This document shows positions 19,884-28,788 of a stretch of DNA of 64,000 nucleotides, in pieces. The translations under genes and the position numbers were made by a program. Positions within the stretch are counted from its first letter, which is position 1, and the number at the start of each line of letters is the position of its first letter. The notes under the pieces are model-generated. The model was not told where the DNA came from. It saw only the letters and a program-made list of their open reading frames with translations, and did no database searches. The DNA is from an uncultured Rhodobacter sp. (GTDB lineage Bacteria; Pseudomonadota; Alphaproteobacteria; Rhodobacterales; Rhodobacteraceae), in NCBI GenBank assembly GCA_964600965.1, contig CAZRLO010000004.1, positions 1,798 to 65,797 on the forward strand, in the 5' to 3' direction.

Positions 19884-20342
19884 ATGATCATCAACCACGA
19901 TTTCGGGGCCTCGGGCCGATTGTCCCGGCGACTGGCACAGGTCGGGTTCGGGGAATTTCGGGCCGAAAATGCAGCCGATACATTGATGGTGGGGTTTGAC
20001 GGCCCGACCAGTCTTGTCGGTTTTCGCAACGAACCCGATCACGCGATCTATCTTTCGGCGGCGCGATTTCTGGCGCTGACGGGGCCCGGGTTTCTTGGCC
20101 TGGATGCACAGGTCGTTTTGACACCGCTGGTTTCAAATGGCCACGACGTGCTTGATTTTGCCGCCGTTCTGGATCGTTTCGGATTTCGCGGCCGCTACCG
20201 CGCCGTGATCCGGCACCTGCCCGACCGCGATCTGGTGACACGCGAAGTTCGCGTCGCGTTTCCGAACCTCGACTTCGCCGTCGTGGAAATCGGCGACGGT
20301 GACGTTGGCCCGGTTGCCCGGAACGCGCCTTCAGGCGGCTGA
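19884..20342 (+). CDS. hypothetical protein (152 aa), no recognisable domain
   Basis: ATG 19884 is preceded by GGAAAG 9 nt upstream. G/C is enriched at third codon positions. I recognise no motif. The 3' end overlaps the convergent PLP-enzyme gene by 12 nt. Confidence 0.5.
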   Translation: MIINHDFGASGRLSRRLAQVGFGEFRAENAADTLMVGFDGPTSLVGFRNEPDHAIYLSAARFLALTGPGFLGLDAQVVLTPLVSNGHDVLDFAAVLDRFGFRGRYRAVIRHLPDRDLVTREVRVAFPNLDFAVVEIGDGDVGPVARNAPSGG

Positions 20343-21515
20343 TGCCGCGTCGATGGCGGCTTGCAGTTCACGCCATATCGTTGCGGCGTCCTCGATCCCG
20401 ACGGACAGGCGGAAAAATCCCTCGGTGATCCCAAAGGCAACGCGCGTTGCGGCGGGCAATGCGCGGTGCGATGACGATGCGGGATGCGACAGCGTCGTGC
20501 TGACATCGCCCAGGGTCGGGGCAAAGGCGATCCGGGGGGCTGCCCGTGTCAGCGCGTTTGCCGCCACGCGTCCGCCGCCTATACGAAAACTGACCATGTT
20601 GCCGCAGGTGGCGCCAAACAGCGCCTTGGCGCGGGCATGGTCGGGATGGTCGGCCCGGCCCGGGTAGAATACCGCCTCGACCCCGGCGTGATCCGCCAGC
20701 CGGTCCGCCAGAAACGCCGCGTTCCGGCACGCTTGATCGAACCGCAGGTCAAACGTGTAAAGCCCGCGTTCGGCCAGCCAGCATTCCTGTGGCGCGGGGC
20801 TAAGACCCCAGGTGGTGGCGATATCGCGCAGCCTTTCGCCATGCGCCGGGTCCCTTGCAGCCGCATAGCCCAGCGTGACATCGGCATGCCCCGCCAGCAA
20901 TTTGGTGACGGAATGCACCACGATATCGGCGCCCTGCCCCAGTGGCTGAAACGCGCGCGGCGTGGTAAAGGTATTGTCCACGATCAGCGTCAGGGCATGT
21001 TCCCGCGCGATCCTTGCAATGGCGGTGAAATCGGCGATGCGCAGGGTCGGGTTCGAGACGAGCTCGATCAGAATGGCGCGGGTCTTGCCGGTGACGGCGC
21101 GCCCGAACGCCGTGGCATCCGTCGGATCGGCCAGATCGGCCGCGATCCCGAGACGCGGAAAATCCGAGGTCAGCAGCCGCAGCGACCGGCCATAAAGCTG
21201 GTCCCCGGCAAGCACCCGGTCCCCGGCCCCAAGCGATGCCAGCAGCGCGGACGTTATTGCCGACATGCCCGACCCGGTGATGATGCCACCGGTCGTGCCT
21301 TCCATGCCGTCGATCAGCGTGGCCAGTTGGCTGGCGTTGGGATGGCCCTCGCGGGCGTAGGAATATCCGGCGCTGCGCCCCTCATAAAGATCATCCAGCG
21401 CGTCAGGGTCCGGCGTTCGATAGACCACCGACGGAAAGATCGGCGTCACCATCGGCCGGCTGGCGGACTCGGGCAATTGTTGTCGGCGCAGCGGGCGGCG
21501 GGTCTTGTCGGTCAT
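20331..21515 (-). CDS. Cys/Met-metabolism PLP-dependent enzyme (cystathionine gamma-synthase/beta-lyase family)
   Basis: 394-aa ORF with the PLP-lysine context HSVTKLLAGH and SNPTLRIAD.. / DNTFTTP motifs typical of trans-sulfuration enzymes. Confidence 0.85.
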   Translation of the reverse strand: MTDKTRRPLRRQQLPESASRPMVTPIFPSVVYRTPDPDALDDLYEGRSAGYSYAREGHPNASQLATLIDGMEGTTGGIITGSGMSAITSALLASLGAGDRVLAGDQLYGRSLRLLTSDFPRLGIAADLADPTDATAFGRAVTGKTRAILIELVSNPTLRIADFTAIARIAREHALTLIVDNTFTTPRAFQPLGQGADIVVHSVTKLLAGHADVTLGYAAARDPAHGERLRDIATTWGLSPAPQECWLAERGLYTFDLRFDQACRNAAFLADRLADHAGVEAVFYPGRADHPDHARAKALFGATCGNMVSFRIGGGRVAANALTRAAPRIAFAPTLGDVSTTLSHPASSSHRALPAATRVAFGITEGFFRLSVGIEDAATIWRELQAAIDAASAA

Positions 21516-21555
21516 GGGGTGGCCCCGTCATTGGATGGTGTGGATGTCCGAGGCG

Positions 21556-22104
21556 TCATATCCGGGCGGAATGCGCGGCCAGTTCGGCAATCGCATCCGC
21601 AAGATGCTGGTCGGTCACATTCATGTCCCCGGCAGCAAGACGCAATTTATGCGCGCCGACCAGAACGTCGGTATGGCTGTAGCCCCGGGGAGGTTCGAAT
21701 TTGAACACCGCAAGTTCGATCAGATGGCCCAGGGGTTCGCGAAAATAGAGCGAATCCATGAAGCCGCGATCGATATTGCCGGAATTCGCGTAACCCGCCG
21801 CCTTGAGCCGGGCCGCCGCCTGATTGTAGACGGCGCGCGATACGGTGAAGGCCAGATGATGCACGTTTCCGGGAACGCTCGGGTTGTTGGTATCGTCGGC
21901 GGCCCGGTCCTCGCGCGTGAAAACGGTGATCAGGCGGCCATCGCCGGGATCGAAGTAGAGGTGGTTGACCTCTGGCTGGTCGAGATTGGGTTGTTCGAGC
22001 ACCAGCGGCATTCCCAGAACCCCGTTCCAGAAATCGATCGAGGTCTGCCGGTCGGCCCCGTTGAGTGTAATGTGGTGTACGCCCTGTACCTGCAATAACG
22101 CCAT
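21556..22104 (-). CDS. VOC-family protein (glyoxalase/ring-cleaving dioxygenase fold)
   Basis: GVHHITLNG...FWNGVLGM...HLYF...HHLAF...SLYFREPLGHLIE shows the paired beta-alpha-beta-beta-beta module pattern of the VOC superfamily. Confidence 0.8.
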   Translation of the reverse strand: MALLQVQGVHHITLNGADRQTSIDFWNGVLGMPLVLEQPNLDQPEVNHLYFDPGDGRLITVFTREDRAADDTNNPSVPGNVHHLAFTVSRAVYNQAAARLKAAGYANSGNIDRGFMDSLYFREPLGHLIELAVFKFEPPRGYSHTDVLVGAHKLRLAAGDMNVTDQHLADAIAELAAHSARI

Positions 22105-22211
22105 GATCGCCCCCCTGTTGCGGATACCCTGATGGCGCTCAGGCTAGGCGTTTTTGCCGGTCGCAGAAACCTTGATTTTCAAACGCGGCGCCGGTTTGCT
22201 ATAGAACCGGC

Positions 22212-22961
22212 ATGGCCAAAGTTCTGCTATATGATTTTCTCGGCTCGATCTGTTCGCAGATGGCGCGGCTGGCGCTGGCCGAAAAGGGCGTGCGCTATAC
22301 CCGGCAGAATGTCGATATCATGGAAACGCACGCGCAGTTTGAACCGTGGTACGTGGCGCTGAATCCCAAGGCCGTGGTGCCGACATTGCGGATCGATGAT
22401 CAGATCGTCACCGACACCAAGGACATTGTCGCGCGGGTGGACAGCGATTTCGACGGGCCGCCGCTGACGCCGCAAGCGCCGGGACTGATGCGCCAAATGA
22501 TGAACGATATCATGGGATTGCATTACGGTGTTCTACTTTATTCCGGCGGGCTGGGCCCGGACCGGACATCGGACACCATCATCGCGCGCGGGGAAATGCT
22601 GGCGCGCCTGCTGCACGAGAACCCGGCAATGGCGACGCTGCTGCAGGGGCGGATCGACGGCAACCGGCGTTTTCAGGCAATACTGGCGGACGCGGATGCG
22701 GTTGAAGGCCATATCGAGGCCGCCCGGGCGCTGGTCGGCACCCTGAACCAGGCGCTGTGCCGCCACCAATTCGTGGCCGATGCCGCCTATTCGCTGGCCG
22801 ATACTTTCGCCACCGCGGCGCTGGCCCGGTTCCGGTTGCACGGGTTCAGCCATTGGTGGCAGAACGGGCAAAACCCCGCGGTCGCCGCCTATCTGGACGC
22901 CATGCGCGCGAGGCCAAGCTGGGAACAGGCGGGGGTCGTTGATTCGCGCGACCCGCGCTAG
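22212..22961 (+). CDS. glutathione S-transferase-family protein
   Basis: The N-terminal thioredoxin-like GST domain reads KVLLYDFLGSICSQMARLALAEKGV...NPKAVVPTL. It is followed by an alpha-helical C-domain. Confidence 0.8.
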   Translation: MAKVLLYDFLGSICSQMARLALAEKGVRYTRQNVDIMETHAQFEPWYVALNPKAVVPTLRIDDQIVTDTKDIVARVDSDFDGPPLTPQAPGLMRQMMNDIMGLHYGVLLYSGGLGPDRTSDTIIARGEMLARLLHENPAMATLLQGRIDGNRRFQAILADADAVEGHIEAARALVGTLNQALCRHQFVADAAYSLADTFATAALARFRLHGFSHWWQNGQNPAVAAYLDAMRARPSWEQAGVVDSRDPR

Positions 22962-23034
22962 GGGTTCGAATCCCCGGGTTGGATCCACGGGAAATTTGCT
23001 TTCAGGATCAAATTACCACGACATTCGACTTGCC

Positions 23035-23718
23035 CTAGCCGCCCGCGCGGATCGTCACCGACTTCATGTAATCGGGGTTCGCAACCAGCCCGTTCTGCGC
23101 GACCGATCCTTTCTTGATCGCGTCCACGACGTCCTGACCGGAAATGACGCGCCCGACGATGGTATAGTCGCGGTTCAGGTAATGCGCGGCGTCGAACATG
23201 ATGAAAAACTGGGAATTGGCCGAATTGACCTGCTGCGAGCGGGCCATGCCAACCATCCCCGCGTCAAATGCAAGGTCCGAGAATTCCGCCTGAAGATCGG
23301 GCATATCCGATCCCCCGCTGCCCGCCCGCGACGTGTCGTCTGCGTCGTGGTGGCCGTATCTGACGTCTCCGGTCTGGGCCATGAATCCGTCGATCACCCG
23401 GTGAAAAATCACGCCGTCGTATTTGCCCGCGAGCGCCAGCGCCTTGATGCGTGCGGCGTGATTTGGGGCCACGTCGGCCAAAAGCTCGATCTCGATGATG
23501 CCGCTGGATTGGCCGGCGACTTCGATCACCAGAATGTCGTTGGCGGGCGCGGCGATGGCCGCAACCGACGACGCGGCGGGTGCCGCCGGTTCCTGGATGG
23601 CGGCGACCGGCTGATCGGGCGTGGGTTCAGGGGTTGGCCAGGTCAGCCAGAACGCCGCGATGACCGCGACGGTCACCGCACCGACGATGGCCAGAACGAT
23701 GCTGCGAAGCGACATCAT
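23035..23718 (-). CDS. peptidyl-prolyl cis-trans isomerase, cyclophilin type, with N-terminal membrane anchor/signal
   Basis: Cyclophilin core motifs are FHRVIDGFMAQTGD and NSANSQFFIMF. An N-terminal hydrophobic segment (IVLAIVGAVTVAVIAAFWL) is followed by a Pro/Ala linker. Confidence 0.9.
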   Translation of the reverse strand: MMSLRSIVLAIVGAVTVAVIAAFWLTWPTPEPTPDQPVAAIQEPAAPAASSVAAIAAPANDILVIEVAGQSSGIIEIELLADVAPNHAARIKALALAGKYDGVIFHRVIDGFMAQTGDVRYGHHDADDTSRAGSGGSDMPDLQAEFSDLAFDAGMVGMARSQQVNSANSQFFIMFDAAHYLNRDYTIVGRVISGQDVVDAIKKGSVAQNGLVANPDYMKSVTIRAGG

Positions 23719-24257
23719 TCGGTGTCCGCGGCGACCCGGACCGCGATCATGCGGTCGGGGCTCATCGGCGGTTCGCCGCGCTGGATTTTGTCGACATGTT
23801 CCATGCCAGCCGTCACGCGCCCGAAAACCGTATATTGGCCGTTCAGGAAATGACCATCCGCGAACATGATGAAAAACTGCGAGTTGGCGGAGTTCGGGCT
23901 TTGCGAACGCGCCGCGCCCAACATGCCGCGATCAAACGGAATTTTCGAGAATTCCGCCGTCACATTCTCCAGATCGGACCCGCCGGTGCCGGCCATGCGC
24001 AGGTTGAAATCACGCTCCATATTGCCATTTTTGACATCCCCGGTCTGGGCCATGAAGCCGTCGATCACCCGGTGAAAGGCCACGTTGTCATAGGCACCGC
24101 CGCGCGCCAGTTCCTTGATCCGCGCGCAATGAAGCGGCGCGACATCGGGCAGCAATTCGATGGTCACCGGGCCATCCTTCAGTTCGATGACGACGGTGTT
24201 CTCGGGGTCTTTGGGATCGGCCATGGGTTTCCTCGTGGAATTGGATTCGCCGGACAT
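23715..24257 (-). CDS. ppiB: peptidyl-prolyl cis-trans isomerase, cyclophilin type, cytoplasmic
   Basis: Motifs FHRVIDGFMAQTGD, NSANSQFFIMF and YTVFGRV, with no signal peptide. There is a 4-bp overlap with the downstream paralogue. Confidence 0.9.
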   Translation of the reverse strand: MSGESNSTRKPMADPKDPENTVVIELKDGPVTIELLPDVAPLHCARIKELARGGAYDNVAFHRVIDGFMAQTGDVKNGNMERDFNLRMAGTGGSDLENVTAEFSKIPFDRGMLGAARSQSPNSANSQFFIMFADGHFLNGQYTVFGRVTAGMEHVDKIQRGEPPMSPDRMIAVRVAADTE

Positions 24258-24416
24258 TACCGCCTTTCACGTTCCATCCGCAACACAGAGGTTCGCCGAT
24301 TTCTCCACGCTTTCATGGGTTTGCGCCGGTCCGGGTTGCCGGCGGGCGCGGCAAACCCGCAAGGTGCGGCAAAGGGCGGAACCCGGCGTTTCCCGCAATC
24401 GCCGGGGTCGACCAGA

Positions 24417-24528
24417 CGTCTGGCTGTCCAGCCGTCTGGCCGTCTGGCCGTCTGGCTGTCTAGCCGCCTTGCCGTCTAACCGTCTGGCCGTCCAACCGTC
24501 TGTTCGTCTAGCCGACTAGACGAACGGA
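24417..24528. repeat. octanucleotide tandem array, 14 units of CGTCTGGC (5 perfect, 9 degenerate)
   Basis: Read directly: CGTCTGGC TGTCCAGC CGTCTGGC CGTCTGGC CGTCTGGC TGTCTAGC CGCCTTGC CGTCTAAC CGTCTGGC CGTCCAAC CGTCTGTT CGTCTAGC CGACTAGA CGAACGGA. It lies 160-270 nt upstream of the ppiB start and downstream of coaD. Confidence 0.9.
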
Positions 24529-24800
24529 TTCCCTCGCAGAGTGTTGGTATTTAAGAACAAATTCGGAAATTCAACTTTGACGCGCAACGGTGGACGGTTC
24601 GATATCGTGCGACAGGATTGGTTTCTGCGGGGCAGGCAAAGTGGTGCGCTTTGTGGCGAACCTTCAAAACTGCACCTTGTTGATTTCGCATATCCACTAA
24701 CGGCCAGGCGCAACAGATTTTCGGTGAATCGCTGCTGAATTCGCCAGACGTGCGCCGGAAAGCGCCGGAAAACGGCCCCGACGCACCGGGTTATCGCCGC

Positions 24801-25298
24801 TCAGCCCTGCGCGAATTTTTCCGCCAGCGCCATCCGCACCGATGCGGGGACGAACTTGCCGACATCGCCGTCCAGCCGTGCGATTTCCTTGACCAATCGC
24901 GAGGCGATGGCCTGGTGGCTGGCGTCGGCCATCAGAAACACGGTTTCCACATCGCTGTTCATCGCCCGGTTCATGCCGACCATCTGAAATTCGTACTCGA
25001 AATCCGACACCGCCCTGAGCCCGCGGATGATCACGCTGGCACCGACCTCTTCGGCACAGTGGATCAGCAGGTTTTCGAAGGGATGGGCCACGATCCTGAC
25101 GCCGGTTTCAGTGGCGACTGCCGCGCATTCGGACTCGATCATCGCCACCCGCTCTTCCAGCGTGAAAAGTGGGCCCTTGTCGCGATTGATCGCAACCCCG
25201 ATGACCAGACGGTCCACCAGCGAACAGGCGCGGCGGATGATGTCGATATGCCCGTGGGTGATCGGGTCGAACGTACCGGGATAGAGACCTGTGCGCAT
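24801..25298 (-). CDS. coaD: phosphopantetheine adenylyltransferase
   Basis: MRTGLYPGTFDPITHGHIDII... is the canonical CoaD N-terminus containing the (T/H)xGH motif. Start ATG 25298. Confidence 0.92.
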   Translation of the reverse strand: MRTGLYPGTFDPITHGHIDIIRRACSLVDRLVIGVAINRDKGPLFTLEERVAMIESECAAVATETGVRIVAHPFENLLIHCAEEVGASVIIRGLRAVSDFEYEFQMVGMNRAMNSDVETVFLMADASHQAIASRLVKEIARLDGDVGKFVPASVRMALAEKFAQG

Positions 25299-25409
25299 CG
25301 GCATTCCTGCTGTGATCTGGGCGGCCATGATCGGATGATAGGATGCGCTCAACCGGTCCGCAATTGCAATCGGGCGTGCCCGGTGTTGCGAATTTCGCGA
25401 TTCGATCCG

Positions 25410-25844
25410 CTAATAGCCCTTGATCATGCCCTCGAGCGCCTGATTTTCCATCGCCATTTCCGACAGGCGCGCCTGCACGACGTCGCCGATCGAGATCAGG
25501 CCGATCATGCTGTCGCCCTCCATGACCGGCAGGTGCCGAAACCGCCCCTCGGTCATTTTCCGCAGGATCGCGTCGGCCCGTTCGGCACTGGTACAGGTCA
25601 CGATGTTTCGGGTCATGATTTCCGAAACATGCCCGTGCAGGCATTCGGCCCCGCGTTTTCCCAACTCGCGCACGATGTCGCGCTCCGACAGCATGCCGTC
25701 CAGACGCTTGCCGTCATCCGAAACCACCAGCGCGCCGATTTTGCGGGCCGACAGGATTTCGGCGGCCTCCGACACGGTCGCGCCCGACGGAATGGTCGTC
25801 ACGTCGTGCTTTGGTTTGCCCTTCAGGATTTGCTGCACCAGCAT
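25410..25844 (-). CDS. CBS-domain pair protein
   Basis: 144-aa ORF with two CBS repeats (...IGALVVSDDGKRLDGMLSERDIV... and ...FRHLPVMEGDSMIGLISIGDVV...). Confidence 0.85.
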   Translation of the reverse strand: MLVQQILKGKPKHDVTTIPSGATVSEAAEILSARKIGALVVSDDGKRLDGMLSERDIVRELGKRGAECLHGHVSEIMTRNIVTCTSAERADAILRKMTEGRFRHLPVMEGDSMIGLISIGDVVQARLSEMAMENQALEGMIKGY

Positions 25845-26018
25845 TGCGGGTCACCTCTTGAAATATCATTGCGTCAAGCGTGCCTTAGGTGAATTTATCT
25901 GTCAAGCCAGAGGCCGCACGCCGGTCACCGTGCTTGCGGCGAAAATGGCCCTCTACAATGCCCGCGACCGCGACTAGAGTGCCACCAGATCCACCCGCTA
26001 TCAAAAAAGGTACGAGCG

Positions 26019-27518
26019 ATGCAGGAACTCACGCATTACATCAATGGCCAGCACATCAAAGGCACGTCCGGCCGGTTCGCCGATGTCTTCAACCCGGCCA
26101 CCGGCGAGGTGCAGGCGCGTGCCCCGCTTGCGGGCAAGGCCGAAATGGACGACGCGGTCGCCGTCGCCGCCGCCGCGCAACCGGCCTGGGCGGCAATGAA
26201 CCCGCAGCGGCGCGCGCGGGTGATGATGAAATATGTCGCCCTCCTGAACCGCGATATGGACAAACTGGCCGAGGCGCTCAGCCGCGAACACGGCAAGACA
26301 TTTCCCGACGCCAAGGGCGATGTGATGCGCGGGCTGGAAGTTTGTGAATACTGCATTGGCGCGCCGCAATTGCTGAAAGGCGATTTCACCGACAGCGCCG
26401 GAACCGGCATCGACATGTATTCCATGCGCCAGCCGCTTGGGGTTTGTGCCGGGATCACGCCGTTCAATTTCCCCGCGATGATCCCGATGTGGATGTTTGC
26501 ACCGTCGATTGTCTGCGGCAACGCGTTCATCCTGAAACCCAGCGAGCGCGACCCCTCGGTTCCCCTGATGCTGGCCGAACTGATGGAAGAGGCCGGTGCC
26601 CCCAGGGGCATTTTGCAGGTCGTGAACGGGGACAAGGCAGCGGTCGACGCCATTCTGGACAATCCGGTGATCCAGTCGGTCGGCTTTGTCGGCTCGACCC
26701 CGATCGCGCAATACATCTATTCGCGCGGTTGCGACAACGGCAAACGCGTTCAGTGTTTTGGCGGGGCCAAGAACCACATGATCATCATGCCCGATGCCGA
26801 CATGGATCAGGCGGCGGACGCCCTGATCGGTGCGGGCTTTGGCGCGGCGGGCGAACGCTGCATGGCGATCTCGGTTGCCGTGCCCGTGGGCGATGAAACC
26901 GCCGACCGGCTGATCGAAAAACTCGCGCCCCGCGTCGAGAGCCTGAAAATCGGGCCCTACACGGCGGGCGATGACGTAGATTTCGGCCCCGTGGTCACCG
27001 CCGCGGCCAAGGAAAAGATCCTGGGCCTGGTCGAAACCGGCGTGCAGCAGGGCGCGAAACTGGTGGTTGATGGCCGTGACTTCAAGATGCAGGGATACGA
27101 GAACGGGTTTTTCGTCGGCGCCTGTCTGTTTGACAACGTGACCCGCGACATGGACATCTATAAACAGGAGATTTTCGGCCCCGTCCTGTCCACCGTGCGC
27201 GCGCAGTCCTATGAAGAGGCGCTTGGCCTCGCGATGGACCACGAATACGGCAACGGCACCGCGATCTTCACCCGCGACGGCGACACGGCGCGCAATTTCG
27301 CCAACCGGATCAATATCGGTATGGTCGGGGTGAACGTGCCGATCCCGGTGCCGCTGGCCTATCATACCTTCGGCGGCTGGAAGAAATCTGCCTTTGGCGA
27401 TCTCAATCAGCACGGGCCCGATGCGTTCAAGTTCTACACCCGCACCAAGACCGTGACGGCGCGCTGGCCGTCGGGCACCAAGGAGGGTGCGGATTTCTCG
27501 ATCCCGACCATGGACTGA
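26019..27518 (+). CDS. mmsA: CoA-acylating methylmalonate-semialdehyde dehydrogenase
   Basis: 499-aa aldehyde dehydrogenase with MmsA-typical strings: GITPFNFPAMIP, FILKPSERDP, the catalytic-Cys context GERCMA, and a C-terminal FYT..K.VT.RW. Confidence 0.9.
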   Translation: MQELTHYINGQHIKGTSGRFADVFNPATGEVQARAPLAGKAEMDDAVAVAAAAQPAWAAMNPQRRARVMMKYVALLNRDMDKLAEALSREHGKTFPDAKGDVMRGLEVCEYCIGAPQLLKGDFTDSAGTGIDMYSMRQPLGVCAGITPFNFPAMIPMWMFAPSIVCGNAFILKPSERDPSVPLMLAELMEEAGAPRGILQVVNGDKAAVDAILDNPVIQSVGFVGSTPIAQYIYSRGCDNGKRVQCFGGAKNHMIIMPDADMDQAADALIGAGFGAAGERCMAISVAVPVGDETADRLIEKLAPRVESLKIGPYTAGDDVDFGPVVTAAAKEKILGLVETGVQQGAKLVVDGRDFKMQGYENGFFVGACLFDNVTRDMDIYKQEIFGPVLSTVRAQSYEEALGLAMDHEYGNGTAIFTRDGDTARNFANRINIGMVGVNVPIPVPLAYHTFGGWKKSAFGDLNQHGPDAFKFYTRTKTVTARWPSGTKEGADFSIPTMD

Positions 27519-27639
27519 TACCAATGGGCCGAACGATCGATCCACATCACGTGGCGGGTATCGGCCCTATACCCGGTGTTCGAGACCAGCCGATTGCGCG
27601 GGAACAAGGGCGCAGCCCGCCGTGCATCGCCGGGCCGTC

Positions 27640-27800
27640 CCCCGGCACGGCGATTGGCCAAGGCGGGCGCAACCAAATTTGGGGTCGCGCCGTTTTTGCC
27701 GGGATAAAGTGGCCGTAACTTGCGCCCGCTCGCCGCACCACGGCCCGTCGATGCGCGGCTCTGTGGGCCCAGGGATAGAGGATGACATCCTGACCCGTCG
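27640..27800 (-). repeat. intergenic repeat family, copy 3 (right-hand module, inverted orientation)
   Basis: The reverse complement aligns with 8358-8480 (see copy 2). Weaker similarity continues to about 27860. It sits immediately after the mmsA stop. Confidence 0.65.
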
Positions 27801-27874
27801 CGCACTCCCGATCGCACGGATTGACGGTTTCGGCTTGCCCCATGCCTCGCGCGCATCCGCCGTGTCGCGCCGGA

Positions 27875-28708
27875 TCACGAGGCCGGGGCGTGCAATCGGC
27901 GCAACTGGCGGCGCAGCGCCGGGTTGCGGATGATCCACATGGGTTGCGCCCGGTCCTGAAGATCGTCAAGCGTATCGGCCGCATTCGGCCAGTCCCGCCC
28001 CTGAAACAGGTCGATCCGTGCGCCCTTGATGTCGGTGCCGGTATCGACCGCCAGAAAATAACCGTCGTGGCGAAAAAAGCCGCCATCTGCGCCCCTCAGT
28101 CTGCGCCCCCGCACCGAAGGCAGGAAAACCAGCGTATTCGCCGCGACGAAACGCGGATCGACGGCAATCGAGCGATACGGCACCAGCCACTGTCCACGGG
28201 CACCCAAACCGAAAGGCGCGGCGGTGCGCAGAAAGCTCGTCCGCTCCATCTTGCGTATGATGCGGATATATCCGGGCCGCGCCGCAAGAATCTCGCGAAA
28301 GTAGGGCGCACAGTCGGTCTGCGGTGCAAGGCCCATGTCCTCGATGTTGAATGTCCGGGTCACGGTGGCGGATTTCACGCGCATGGTTCCCTCGTTGGCA
28401 CCGTGGCAGAAACTGCGTGGCGTCACCTTTGGGCCAAGGGCGCGCCCGCTGGTGTCGCGCAGGGCGACCCCCCGGGCCACCGCCGCCGTTTCGTGGATCC
28501 AGTACCGGGTAATTCCAACCGCCATCACTCTGCCGATCTGTCCCGCATCCGGAGGCGGATGACCGAATTCCCCGGACGTCGCCGGCCCGGTCGACATCAG
28601 CCAGACGATGACCAGCACCACCGCGCAAAGGCCCGCGATTGCCCCGCCGCCGGGCCGAACCCCGGTCGAAATGTTCCGTCGATCCCCGAACATCGTGCAA
28701 TCAGACAT
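27875..28708 (-). CDS. 3D-domain protein (MltA-like cell-wall hydrolase fold) with N-terminal TM segment
   Basis: The C-terminal strings SIAVDPRFV...LVFLP and [19 protein letters not shown] match the three-Asp '3D' domain. An N-terminal hydrophobic anchor reads [15 protein letters not shown]. The start (28708 or 28693) is uncertain. Confidence 0.65.
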   Translation of the reverse strand: MSDCTMFGDRRNISTGVRPGGGAIAGLCAVVLVIVWLMSTGPATSGEFGHPPPDAGQIGRVMAVGITRYWIHETAAVARGVALRDTSGRALGPKVTPRSFCHGANEGTMRVKSATVTRTFNIEDMGLAPQTDCAPYFREILAARPGYIRIIRKMERTSFLRTAAPFGLGARGQWLVPYRSIAVDPRFVAANTLVFLPSVRGRRLRGADGGFFRHDGYFLAVDTGTDIKGARIDLFQGRDWPNAADTLDDLQDRAQPMWIIRNPALRRQLRRLHAPAS

Positions 28709-28788
28709 CAGGCGGAGCCGCAAATCAATTGCCCTTGAGGCGCTTTCCCGCCTACCATCCACGCAACGAAACCGTCAGGCTGAACGAC

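Noticed and set aside
22961-23034. The tRNA-like 3' fragment considered as the acceptor piece of an alphaproteobacterial two-piece (permuted) tmRNA.
   Set aside because: The acceptor strand (GGTTGGA) does not complement a GGGG-type tmRNA 5' end. Only 47 nt separate it from the ppiA-like gene, which leaves no room for a coding piece or a tag reading frame.
24417-24528. The octamer array considered as a CRISPR array or as Neisseria-type DNA uptake sequences (GCCGTCTGAA-like: GCCGTCTGGC, GCCGTCTAAC).
   Set aside because: The units are contiguous 8-mers with no spacers, so this is not a CRISPR array. The DUS resemblance is 8 of 10 nt in an unrelated GC-rich alphaproteobacterial context and is best explained by chance.
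24555-24569. Additional LexA-box candidates: GAAC-N7-GAAA (24555-24569) and GTTC-gcggatc-GAAC (39810-39824).
   Set aside because: The first has a mismatch in the conserved tetramer and no adjacent promoter or gene start. The second is an inverted, not direct, repeat and lies downstream of ssb. Neither matches the direct-repeat architecture of the alpha-type operator.
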